32,000 bases of DNA. Source: Methanococcus maripaludis (GTDB lineage Archaea > AGJL01 > Methanococci > Methanococcales > Methanococcaceae). Shown here piece after piece: positions 15,408 through 25,154 of the stretch. Below the pieces are notes generated by a model that did no database searches, was not told the DNA's origin, and saw only the letters and a list, made by a program, of their open reading frames with translations. Every line of letters starts with the position of its first letter. Within the stretch, counting starts at the first letter, position 1. Both the position numbers and the translations under genes were made by a program. The stretch spans positions 810,001 to 842,000 of the forward strand of contig NZ_CP026606.1 of NCBI RefSeq assembly GCF_002945325.1, given 5' to 3'.

Positions 15408-15627
15408 TTAATCCAAACTCCTCTGAAAAGTTGTTTACTTTTATAAATTTACCTTTGCAGATTCTTTCAATCTTTTCGATATATTCCTGCCTTAGTTCGG
15501 GCTCTTCTTCAACTATTGAACGCATGAAAAACTCAACCTGTTTACTCATGCTCATTCCACGATCTTTACAGTGTTTTGAAAATTTTGAATATACTTCTTC
15601 ATCAACATTGAATGATTTTACAGCCAT
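15397..15627 (-). CDS. ribbon-helix-helix type antitoxin
   Basis: 76 aa; MAVKSFNVDEEVYSKFSKHCKDRGMSMSKQVEFFMRS; overlaps and precedes the toxin gene. Confidence 0.75.
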   Translation of the reverse strand: MAVKSFNVDEEVYSKFSKHCKDRGMSMSKQVEFFMRSIVEEEPELRQEYIEKIERICKGKFIKVNNFSEEFGLNDL

Positions 15628-15738
15628 GTTTTCACCTTATTTAATATTATATAATGTTAAATAAGATTATATAATTTTCCGCTAGTTGAGCGAAAAGGGC
15701 CTGATTAAAAAATATGCTACTCCCTGAAACAAATTTAG

Positions 15739-16455
15739 TTATTTCTCTTTTAATTCATAAAATACCTGTTTTCCATCCTTTTTCCTAATGATTGCACTAC
15801 TTTTTTCCAGGCGTTTTAATGTATCATATAATGCTTTTGTACCGCCTTTAAAATTCTTTACAAGGTCTTTTGGTTGTGATCGGCCATTCTTTAAGATAGA
15901 TAATACTTGTTCATTATCTGTTTCTCGTTTAATTGTTTTTTTATACCGTTCTGTATTAATATACTTTTCAATTCCGTTAAATTTACTTTCCATTAATTTA
16001 ATTTTTTCAGAACTCTTTTTATCGTTTTCATTTATTTTGGCATTTATTTTTTCGGTCCAAGTTTTCATAACGTTCCAGTTATTATTTATTTTTTCTAAAT
16101 CATTAATTCTGTTTTCTAATTCCTTAATTTTCAATTCCCTTTCTTCTTTGGTTTTATTTTCCTGTTCGATATATTTCAATATCTTTTCTAATGTTGCATC
16201 ATGTTCCAGGATTTTTTCTGTATTGTTATTTGTATTTTCCAAGTATTCTGGGAGCCCTTCTTCTAGTTCTTTAAAGGTTTTAGAATGCCCTTTTACTTCT
16301 TTACTAATTCCATCAACTTTATTATTAAGTTTGCCTAACTCTAACGTTATTTTATCATTATCTAGTGTATTTTTCCCACTTTCATTATTATTTTCAATTG
16401 TTTTACGTATTTTATCTAAAATAATCCTCACCCTTAAATTAAATTTATTATTCAC
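15739..16455 (-). CDS. coiled-coil protein with C-terminal winged-helix-like domain, 238 aa
   Basis: Long charged heptad region; C-term NEQVLSILKNGRSQPKDLVKNFKGGTKALYDTLKRLEKSSAIIRKKDGKQVFYELKEK. Confidence 0.6.
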   Translation of the reverse strand: MNNKFNLRVRIILDKIRKTIENNNESGKNTLDNDKITLELGKLNNKVDGISKEVKGHSKTFKELEEGLPEYLENTNNNTEKILEHDATLEKILKYIEQENKTKEERELKIKELENRINDLEKINNNWNVMKTWTEKINAKINENDKKSSEKIKLMESKFNGIEKYINTERYKKTIKRETDNEQVLSILKNGRSQPKDLVKNFKGGTKALYDTLKRLEKSSAIIRKKDGKQVFYELKEK

Positions 16456-16740
16456 TATGTAAAAATAGTTATAATATAATTTTATCTTTAATTACATGGT
16501 ATATTATCTATTAAACCAGATATAAAAGATTAATTTGAATTATAATGTAATTATTAAGAAAATAAGGGATATTGTTGACATTTGGTTAAATTCTCTGTTA
16601 GTTATCCATAATCAAATATGGCCTTGGACCCATATTGCCAAAAACCTAGGGTTTTGATACTGGTTAACAAATAAAATTGAAAAATGAAAATAATTTAAAA
16701 AAGATATATTTTGGTATAATCAATTAATAATTATTTTTTA

Positions 16741-17002
16741 TACCGATAAATTCTTTTTTACTAAGAAAATGGAAAAATAAAAACATATACAAATTATTGC
16801 TCTTTTAAGGCTTTCAATGACAAATCTATAATATAATTGTAAAATAGTGAATTTAGGGTAAAAAAAATAGATTAAAAAACGGGTACCAGTCATAAATTAA
16901 ATTGAAAAATTTTTCAAATTTTTTTGAAAGATCTTCTGGAATCAAGCCATAATTCAGGGATACATTTCTTAAATTTTTTATCCAATAGCCAACAATACTA
17001 TC
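16741..17002 (-). pseudogene. possible decayed coding remnant
   Basis: Minus-strand reading DSIVGYWIKNLRNVSLNYGLIPEDLSKK | FEKFFNLIYDWYP..., requiring one frameshift at an A8 run (about 16918-16925); no start codon. Confidence 0.2.
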
Positions 17003-17050
17003 TTAATTTTAAATGTGATTTAATCGTCTAGCTTAAAATGGGGTTAATAT

Positions 17051-17977
17051 ATGTTTAAAGGGATTAATGGAAACGAATCATGGGATATCATTGAAGAAGT
17101 GAATAAGGGGTGGTCGGAAGATAAAAAATACCATATTATCACGAAGAATAAAGAAAATCTCCTGCTTAGAATATCAGATATTAAATTCTACGAAAGAAAA
17201 CAGAAAGAATACGATATACTACTTGAACTTAGCAAATTAGACTTTGAAATGTCAAAACCAGTTGATTTTGGAATTTGTGAATCTGGGGTATACATGCTGC
17301 TTACTTGGGTTGAAGGCGAAGACTTAGAAACAGCCATTCTAAAAAAGAATACAATGGAACAGTACAACCTTGGAATAAAATCTGGAAAAATACTTAAAAA
17401 AATCCATTCGTTAAATATCTCTTCAAACCTGGATTCATGGGAAAAAAGATTTAATAAAAAGATAGGCATGAAAATTAAAGCATATTTAGAATGCCCATTA
17501 AAATATGAAAATGGGGAGGTATTTATTGAATATATAAATCGCAATAGGCATTTATTAAAGGATATTAGATCAACACTGCAACATGGAGATTACCATGTTG
17601 GAAATATGATTTTGACAAATAACGACGATATTGCAATTATTGACTTCAATCGTTATGATTTTGGAGATCCATATGAAGAATTTAACCGAATTATATGGGA
17701 TGTAGAAGTAAGTAAGCCATTTGCAGTGGGTAAACTAGATGGTTACTTTAATGGAAATATTCCCGAAAAGTTTTTCCAGTTACTTGCCCTCTACATATCC
17801 GTCAATACAATCTCTTCACTGCCTTGGGCAATTCCATTTGGCGAAGAACAGATTAACATCATGACAGAACAGGCTGCAAAAGCGCTTATTGATTATGATT
17901 ATTTCAATACTGCAATTCCAAAATGGTATACTGATTCAAAATGCATGATTATCAAAGAATTCCAGGATAAAAAGTAA
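17051..17977 (+). CDS. aminoglycoside phosphotransferase (APH)/choline kinase-like family protein
   Basis: 308 aa; YMLLTWVEGEDLE, LQHGDYHVGNMILTNNDDIAIIDFNRYDFGDPYEEF (HGDxHxGN...IIDF...GDP). Confidence 0.85.
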   Translation: MFKGINGNESWDIIEEVNKGWSEDKKYHIITKNKENLLLRISDIKFYERKQKEYDILLELSKLDFEMSKPVDFGICESGVYMLLTWVEGEDLETAILKKNTMEQYNLGIKSGKILKKIHSLNISSNLDSWEKRFNKKIGMKIKAYLECPLKYENGEVFIEYINRNRHLLKDIRSTLQHGDYHVGNMILTNNDDIAIIDFNRYDFGDPYEEFNRIIWDVEVSKPFAVGKLDGYFNGNIPEKFFQLLALYISVNTISSLPWAIPFGEEQINIMTEQAAKALIDYDYFNTAIPKWYTDSKCMIIKEFQDKK

Positions 17978-17982
17978 TATAA

Positions 17983-18360
17983 TTATATTTTAACTTTCTT
18001 TTTAAGAATAGCTTGTTCGTTCTGAAGCGTTATGTTTAATGTCGATAGCCCACTGTTTAATGCCTCTTCAAGTACTCGATAATCTTTCCACTCATTATGA
18101 GTTCTTTTAAAGCGTTTCAGGTTTTCAAAGAATTCATATTTCAACTCTTCAGATAAGTTTAGCTGTTTTGATATTTTTCCAGCTTGAGTTTTCAAGATCT
18201 GCAACTTCGAACATTTTGCATTATTAAATACTGACTCAGTCTGCAGATATCCACAGCATTTGTTTTCAGTATCAACAAAAACTGGCCTTACCTTTCCAGT
18301 CAAATATTCTTTTTCATAATGGACCACAGCCTTCAAACACTTTGGACATATTCTAATCAT
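17983..18360 (-). CDS. zinc-ribbon-containing hypothetical protein, 125 aa
   Basis: MIRICPKCLKAV N-terminal CPxC plus later ENKCCGY. Confidence 0.6.
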   Translation of the reverse strand: MIRICPKCLKAVVHYEKEYLTGKVRPVFVDTENKCCGYLQTESVFNNAKCSKLQILKTQAGKISKQLNLSEELKYEFFENLKRFKRTHNEWKDYRVLEEALNSGLSTLNITLQNEQAILKKKVKI

Positions 18361-18695
18361 TTAAAACCCCTCACGTAGTTATTGATAGTAATATACTACA
18401 TGAAAGGTTTTTTATTTGAAATATAAATAATTTGTCGGTTAAATCGTGTATAAGTCTGTAAAAACCGTTTTTAAATTCTTAAAAATAGACTTGATATATC
18501 GGACTCAGGATTTTTGAAAATCGATATATCGGACTAGTGAAAAACCATCAAAATCGGTGCCATTGGTAAAAATCCGATATAGTTTGAGGAACTTTTTCGG
18601 GTCCTTTAGATGTAAAATACTGCAAAAAAGCTAAATCTTGTTAAAAACCCACGGTCTTGAAAGAAACCAAAAAAGAGTGCGTTATTTCAAAAAGT

Positions 18696-18779
18696 GGAGG
18701 GAAAGGGATTTGAACCCTCGAACCGCTACCGGATCGGATCTTAAGTCCGACGCCTTTGACCAGGCTTGGCAATCCCTCC
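18696..18779 (-). tRNA. tRNA-Leu (anticodon UAA)
   Basis: Minus strand GGAGGGATTGCCAAGCCTGGTCAAAGGCGTCGGACTTAAGATCCGATCCGGTAGCGGTTCGAGGGTTCAAATCCCTTTCCCTCCA; acceptor GGAGGGA/TCCCTCC, anticodon loop CTTAAGA, long variable arm, GGTTCAAAT T-loop. Confidence 0.93.
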
Positions 18780-18863
18780 AATGAAGCACATTACTTCGCA
18801 TCTATACCTATACTGATCTAATATATATATTTTTCCTTTTTGAAAAATTTAAAATTAAAAAAT

Positions 18864-19793
18864 TTAGTAGAAATTATTCTCTAAAATTTCGTCGAATTTG
18901 TACTCAAAATCGTTTGAAAGGTACATTCTGAGCTCTTCTGGAGTTATTAACGTGCTTTCGTAATTTTGGTAGTCGTCCATTACAATTCTCGGACATGCGC
19001 AGATAACGTATGCATCGACTTTGTAAAATAAATAGCTTTGAGATACGTTGTTTAAAATTATTGGAATATATTCAATGTTATTCTTCTTTAAAAGTTCAAT
19101 TACGTTTTCAAACGACTTTAATCTGCACTGTCCTTTTTTAGTTGATAAAACCACACCAATTTTTTTAGGAGGATTTAATAATAACTTTGAAACTCGCCCG
19201 ATTCTCAATTTTATCAGTTTTTTTATCTCTTGGTCACTTATTTCAGAAATTTCTCTAGTAATTGGGTTATAAATTCTAACAGTTTTTTTTAGTTTATAAG
19301 CCATCATAAGTGGGTGAAACCTTCCAGTTCCAACAAAAAGGACGTTTTCTGCATTTTCGACCGGAGCCCGGCATCCCAAAATTACGACAGGATTAAACTT
19401 TGAAAGTGCTTTTTTAAACTGAATTGTTGTCGTAACGGTTGAATTTTCCATTTTTTCAAGGATATTTTCAACGTCTTTCAAAAAATACTCGTTTTCTTTA
19501 AAATAAGCGTGAACGAATACCACAGGAATTTCTGAATGAACGTAAGAAAGTTCTTCGTGCCCGTAATGAATAATTAAATCTATTCCTAAAATTTTAACTT
19601 CTTCATCGCACAGATCACACGCTCCAAAACATGTTTCGCCCCATATCATGAGTTCTGAATCTATTTTGGTTTTTAAAAATTCTATTTCCTTTTCAACTGC
19701 CCTTTTAAGTCCTTCTGGTGCTTGGAATAATACTTTTCTCGCATTTTTTGTTTTTATCTCGTTTAAGACTTTATCTGTCTCTAAATCCCACAT
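18864..19793 (-). CDS. dph2: 2-(3-amino-3-carboxypropyl)histidine synthase (diphthamide biosynthesis enzyme Dph2)
   Basis: 309 aa; VLFQAPEGLKRAVEKE, GETCFGACDLCDEEVK, LIIHYGHEELSY, VLFVGTGRFHPL. Confidence 0.9.
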   Translation of the reverse strand: MWDLETDKVLNEIKTKNARKVLFQAPEGLKRAVEKEIEFLKTKIDSELMIWGETCFGACDLCDEEVKILGIDLIIHYGHEELSYVHSEIPVVFVHAYFKENEYFLKDVENILEKMENSTVTTTIQFKKALSKFNPVVILGCRAPVENAENVLFVGTGRFHPLMMAYKLKKTVRIYNPITREISEISDQEIKKLIKLRIGRVSKLLLNPPKKIGVVLSTKKGQCRLKSFENVIELLKKNNIEYIPIILNNVSQSYLFYKVDAYVICACPRIVMDDYQNYESTLITPEELRMYLSNDFEYKFDEILENNFY

Positions 19794-19882
19794 AATACCA
19801 CTTCGAATATTTATTTAAATAATCACTACATACTAATACAGATGCTTGTATACTATTTAATTAAAGTTATAAAAGTGATATT

Positions 19883-21163
19883 ATGACCCAGATGACTGAC
19901 GCAAAATCCGGAATTACTACCGAAGAGATGAAATTCGTAGCAAAAGAAGAAGGAATGGATGTTGAAACACTCAAAAACCTGATTGCGAAAGGATACGTCG
20001 TAATTCCAAAAAACGTAAACAGAACCACAAAACCAGTTGGAATTGGCGATAATTTAAGAACTAAAGTTAATGTAAATCTTGGAACTTCTCCAGATTTTAT
20101 TGATATCGCTTGCGAACTTAAAAAAGTTGAAATTTCAAATAAATACGGTGCTGATGCGATTATGGATCTAAGTACCGGCGGAAATCTTCCAGAAATTAGA
20201 AAAGAGATTATTAAAAACACGAATCTTCCAATCGGAACCGTTCCAATCTATGAAGTTGGTGTCGATGCAAAAGAAAAGTATGGAAGAGTCATCGATATGG
20301 ACGAGGATTTGATATTTAACGTAATTGAAAGGCAGGCAAAAGAAGGCGTTGACTTCATGACCCTTCACTGCGGAATTACAAAACAAACTGTCAGCGCTTT
20401 AAATAACGATCCAAGGAAAATGGGCGTTGTAAGCAGAGGCGGTGCATTTTTAACCGCGTACATCATGTACCACGATAAGGAAAACCCACTTTACAAAGAA
20501 TTCGATTACTTGCTTGAACTTTTAAAAGAGCATGACGTAACTTTAAGCCTTGGAGATGGAATGAGACCGGGATGCTTACAGGACAATACAGACAGGGCCC
20601 AGATTCAAGAATTAATTACATTGGGAGAATTGGTTGACAAATGCAGAGAAAAAGGAGTTCAGGTAATGGTTGAAGGACCTGGACACGTTCCGTACAACAA
20701 CATTGAAGCAAACATGAAAATTCAAAAAACACTCTGTAAAAATGCGCCATTCTATGTTTTAGGCCCAATCGTAACCGATTTAGCACCAGGATATGACCAC
20801 ATCACAGCAGCAATTGGAGGAACCCTTGCAGCAATAAGTGGGGCAAATTTCTTGTGTTATGTGACTCCCGCTGAACACGTAAGGCTCATGAAAGAAGAAG
20901 ATGTAAAAGAAGGATTAATTGCATCAAAAATTGCCGCACAAGCAGCAGATGTTGCAAAAGGGCATTCAATCGCATGGAAACTTGAAAAAGAAATGGCTGA
21001 TGCAAGAATAAAGCACGACTGGGAAAGGCAGTTTGAAATTGCGCTTGACAGCGATAAACCAAGAAAAATGAGAGAAGAAATTCCTTCAAAAGATGAAAAA
21101 GCTTGCAGTGTCTGTGGAGACTACTGCGCCCTTTTAATGGTCGAAGAACTTGGAAAAAGATAA
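19883..21163 (+). CDS. thiC: phosphomethylpyrimidine synthase ThiC
   Basis: 426 aa; ADAIMDLSTGG, MTLHCGI, SLGDGMRPGCLQD, VMVEGPGHVPYNNIEANM, CSVCGDYCA (C-terminal CxxCx4C cluster). Confidence 0.95.
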   Translation: MTQMTDAKSGITTEEMKFVAKEEGMDVETLKNLIAKGYVVIPKNVNRTTKPVGIGDNLRTKVNVNLGTSPDFIDIACELKKVEISNKYGADAIMDLSTGGNLPEIRKEIIKNTNLPIGTVPIYEVGVDAKEKYGRVIDMDEDLIFNVIERQAKEGVDFMTLHCGITKQTVSALNNDPRKMGVVSRGGAFLTAYIMYHDKENPLYKEFDYLLELLKEHDVTLSLGDGMRPGCLQDNTDRAQIQELITLGELVDKCREKGVQVMVEGPGHVPYNNIEANMKIQKTLCKNAPFYVLGPIVTDLAPGYDHITAAIGGTLAAISGANFLCYVTPAEHVRLMKEEDVKEGLIASKIAAQAADVAKGHSIAWKLEKEMADARIKHDWERQFEIALDSDKPRKMREEIPSKDEKACSVCGDYCALLMVEELGKR

Positions 21164-21235
21164 TATAACTGATTTTTTAATTTTTTTATTATATTTTAAC
21201 TTGAAATTTTAAAATTAAAAAAAAAGATGAAAAAA

Positions 21236-21856
21236 TTATTCTTTTACTGCTTTTAAAATCTCTTCAAAGGGGATTTTGCCTTCCCTTATTAATTCTATTT
21301 TTCCATCGATTACTTTTACAATCGTAGACTGCACTTTGTATTTACATGGGCCTGTATCGATTATTAAATCTACTTTTTCTTTTATTATGGAATCAACTTC
21401 CTCAAGCGATGATGGAGCAGTTTTTCCGCTGATATTTGCACTTGTTGTTGTTAATGGAACGACTGCAATCTTTCTTATAACGTCGTTATCAGGAATTCTA
21501 ACTCCTACATCATCTTTTCCTAAAATATCAGGAATAATATCTTTTTTCTTTAAAATAACTGTAATTGGGCCAGGCATGAACTTTTCAATTATTTTTTTTG
21601 CCATTTTGTCAACGTAAACGTAATTTTCGATTTGCTCTTTTTCACCGAGACTTATCGAAATTGGCTTATTTGGATCCCTTTCTTTTATTGAATAGATTTT
21701 TTCAATTGCCTTATTATCTAATGCATTTGTAGAAAGGCCGTAAAGGGTATCAGTCCCGCAAAGAATAATTTTTCCGCCCAATAACATTTTTTTTGCAGTT
21801 TCTATCTCTTTTTCATAATTTTTGAGATTACTTTCTGAAATCTCGAAAGTTTTCAT
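21236..21856 (-). CDS. L-threonylcarbamoyladenylate synthase (YrdC/Sua5 family)
   Basis: 206 aa; GGKIILCGTDTLYGLSTNALD, IYSIKERDPNKPISI, MPGPITVILKKK, TSANISGKTAPSS. Confidence 0.9.
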   Translation of the reverse strand: MKTFEISESNLKNYEKEIETAKKMLLGGKIILCGTDTLYGLSTNALDNKAIEKIYSIKERDPNKPISISLGEKEQIENYVYVDKMAKKIIEKFMPGPITVILKKKDIIPDILGKDDVGVRIPDNDVIRKIAVVPLTTTSANISGKTAPSSLEEVDSIIKEKVDLIIDTGPCKYKVQSTIVKVIDGKIELIREGKIPFEEILKAVKE

Positions 21857-21867
21857 AAATATCCCTT

Positions 21868-22650
21868 TTACATTACCGCGTTTTCGAGTGCAGATTTACA
21901 AAAACACGTTCTTTCCTTAAATTCATAATTAATAAAGTCGTCAACAACGTTTAAAATTTTGTCTTCCATTTCTTTCAGGGTTTCCAAAACTTCATCAACT
22001 GTTAAAACGTTTTTAGAAATACCTGCGGCATAATTTGAAACATTACAGATTGAAGTGTAGCACATTTCCATTTCTCTTGCTAAAACTACTTCTGGATATG
22101 CCGTCATTCCAACAACGTGCCCCCAATTTTTATAAATTTGAATTTCTGTTTTTGTTTCAAATCTAGGACCTTCTGTGCAGACGTAAACTCCTTCTTTGAA
22201 ATTGTAGTTTCTTTTTTTAAGAATTTCTTTTGTAACTTCTTTTAATTCTGGGCAGTAAGGTTCAGTTACATCAACGTGAACAACTTTTCCATCGTCACCA
22301 TCATAAAATGTGCTTTTTCTTGCTTTTGTAAATTCTAAAAAGTCGTTTGGAATTAAAAAGTCTCCAGGAACTACATCTTCACGTAAGGACCCAACCGAAC
22401 TTAATGCCATTATTCTTTCAACGCCAAGCGTCTTTAAAGCGCAAATGTTTGCACGGTAATTTATTTTATGAGGAGGCGTATTGTGTTCAGCCCCGTGTCT
22501 AAATAATAAAACTACATCGCTTTCTTTGTCAATTAAAACTTTAGATTTTCCATATTTTGTATCGATTATTCTTTCTTCGCCCTTGTTTAATATTGAAGAA
22601 ATTCCTGTTCCGCCGATAATTCCAATCAAATAATCACCCGAATGTGCCAA
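21868..22650 (-). CDS. MTAP family purine nucleoside phosphorylase (methylthioadenosine/methylthioinosine type)
   Basis: 260 aa; IGIIGGTGISSI, LFRHGAEHNTPPHKINYRANI, TEGPRFETKTEI, VVGMTAYPEVVLAREMEMCY. Confidence 0.9.
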   Translation of the reverse strand: MAHSGDYLIGIIGGTGISSILNKGEERIIDTKYGKSKVLIDKESDVVLLFRHGAEHNTPPHKINYRANICALKTLGVERIMALSSVGSLREDVVPGDFLIPNDFLEFTKARKSTFYDGDDGKVVHVDVTEPYCPELKEVTKEILKKRNYNFKEGVYVCTEGPRFETKTEIQIYKNWGHVVGMTAYPEVVLAREMEMCYTSICNVSNYAAGISKNVLTVDEVLETLKEMEDKILNVVDDFINYEFKERTCFCKSALENAVM

Positions 22651-22722
22651 ATATTTATGCGATAAAATAAAATTGTTAGATAATATTTTTGAATAAATAC
22701 TAACGGTTTCAAATTATATATA

Positions 22723-23121
22723 GTGACGGTGACACTCTTGGAAATTTTTGGACAGGTTGTAAGCGGACTTGGAGAAGGTAGGTTTTTTGTTGGATTAACG
22801 CCTTACAAAAATAAATTTAAAGAATTAACTGGATTTACGCCATATGAAGGAACATTGAACGTAAAATTAAAGCATAATTTCAATTTAGATGAATTTAATC
22901 TTATAGAATTCGACGGATTTGAAATTGATGGGAAAAAATACTTTGGAGGAAAGGTAATTTTAATAAAACTATTCAATAAACACGAAAATTTTGTAAATTG
23001 CGCGATTGTTGCTCCAAAAAAGACCGATCATTCTAAAAAAACTTTAGAAATTATTGCACCCATTCAACTTCGAAAATTTTTATTATTGAAAAATTCAGAT
23101 GTTGTAAAAATCGTAATTTAA
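22723..23121 (+). CDS. ribK: CTP-dependent riboflavin kinase
   Basis: 132 aa; [40 protein letters not shown]. Confidence 0.9.
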   Translation: MTVTLLEIFGQVVSGLGEGRFFVGLTPYKNKFKELTGFTPYEGTLNVKLKHNFNLDEFNLIEFDGFEIDGKKYFGGKVILIKLFNKHENFVNCAIVAPKKTDHSKKTLEIIAPIQLRKFLLLKNSDVVKIVI

Positions 23122-23241
23122 AATAATTAAGTTAATTTTGCTCTTTTTTTATTTTTATTTTTAAATCCTAAATCCGTATCCTAACAGATATATAGTCTTA
23201 AAAACAGACTGGTAAAAACTTAAAAATAATAGAGTGATAAT

Positions 23242-23985
23242 GTGACTACAGATTCAAAAAATGCGAGAAACTCAGAAGTAAAAATACAGGGAGATGAAAA
23301 AATCAGCAACGTTGAAAAAGCAATTGATGCTCTAAAAAGCGGAAAAATGGTATTACTTTACGATAGCGACGATAGAGAAGGAGAAACAGACATGGTCGTT
23401 GCATCTGAATTCATTACTCCAGAATACATCAGAGAAATGAGGAAAAATGCAGGAGGATTAATCTGCACTTGCCTTCACCCTGATTTCTGTGATAAATTGG
23501 GTATTCCATTTATGGTTGACATTTTAGATGTTGCAGCTGAAAAATACCCTGTTTTAAAAGAATTATATCCAAACGATATTCCCTACGACGAAAAATCAAC
23601 ATTTGCACTTTATGCAAACCACAGAACAACATTTACAGGAATTACAGATAACGATAGGGCATTAACTGTTAAAAAAATAACAGAACTCTGCAGCGAAGAA
23701 AGATTTAAAGACTTTGGAAAAGAATTCAGATGCCCTGGACACGTTGCATTTTTAAGGGCTACAAAAGGACTCGTTAAAAATAGACAAGGCCACACCGAAA
23801 TGACCGTTGCACTTGCAGAAATGGCTGGACTCACCCCTATTACGACCATTTGTGAAATGATGGGCGATAATGGAAAAGCAATGTCAAAAGACCTTGTTAA
23901 AAAGTACGCTGAAGAAAACGACCTTGTTAGAATCAATGGCCAAGAATTAATCGAATACTATCTCAATAAATCCTCAAAAGAATAA
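23242..23985 (+). CDS. ribB: 3,4-dihydroxy-2-butanone 4-phosphate synthase
   Basis: 247 aa; [70 protein letters not shown]. Confidence 0.92.
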   Translation: MTTDSKNARNSEVKIQGDEKISNVEKAIDALKSGKMVLLYDSDDREGETDMVVASEFITPEYIREMRKNAGGLICTCLHPDFCDKLGIPFMVDILDVAAEKYPVLKELYPNDIPYDEKSTFALYANHRTTFTGITDNDRALTVKKITELCSEERFKDFGKEFRCPGHVAFLRATKGLVKNRQGHTEMTVALAEMAGLTPITTICEMMGDNGKAMSKDLVKKYAEENDLVRINGQELIEYYLNKSSKE

Positions 23986-24155
23986 TTTATTTTTTGAATT
24001 CACTCGAATTTATCTTCTTTTTTAAAAATTTATCCATTAATTGCTTTTTTTCGCCGATTTTCTTTAATATACTTAGCGTATTTATTAATTCAAGGATATA
24101 GATAAATACCCCTAAAAATAAATTTAATACTGTTAACTAAAACCAGAGGGGGAAT

Positions 24156-24368
24156 ATGGAATTTATTTTACCATCAAATATAAGATCTGGAGCCATGCAT
24201 TTTAAAATGAAGCATACTGTGCAGGCTAAAAAGAATAAAACTAAAATTAGAGAACTTTTTAGTAAAGCCGACGTTTATAAAGAATTTTACCACGATGCAA
24301 TTTCAAAAATTGAGGAAAGGGAAAATAAAGCTAAAAAAGGTAGAAGAACTAAAAAGGCTAAAAAATAA
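24156..24368 (+). CDS. small basic hypothetical protein, 70 aa
   Basis: ORF track; preceded by GAGGGGGAAT; Lys-rich C-terminus. Confidence 0.65.
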   Translation: MEFILPSNIRSGAMHFKMKHTVQAKKNKTKIRELFSKADVYKEFYHDAISKIEERENKAKKGRRTKKAKK

Positions 24369-24487
24369 GCCTTTTTATTTTTAATTTTTAAACTATTAAT
24401 TCTTTTTTAAGTTTACTTTTTTAAAATTGATTTTAATTTGGGTTTGTGACATGTTTTTTATAGTTTAAATAAGCTATAACTTTGTAG

Positions 24488-24982
<495 letters not shown>

Positions 24983-25154
24983 ATTACTTTTTTCCTAATT
25001 CTTAAGTTTAAAAGATTTTAAAAATTCAGGATTTATGTTATTTATTTAAACCTTGAATTCATCTAGTTTTATTATATTCTATTCTTGTTATCGACAGAAA
25101 ATTTATAAATTAGATTATTGTTATTATCCTTAATTTACTACGAGGGACGTATTC

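Noticed and set aside
15788-16462. 224-aa plus-strand ORF rich in Leu/Ser/Phe
   Set aside because: Mirror of the Lys/Glu/Asn-rich coiled-coil gene on the other strand; composition is the expected antisense artefact.
18480-18779. Definite att site
   Set aside because: I did not find a second copy of the tRNA-Leu 3' end within the window, so integration at this tRNA remains only an inference.
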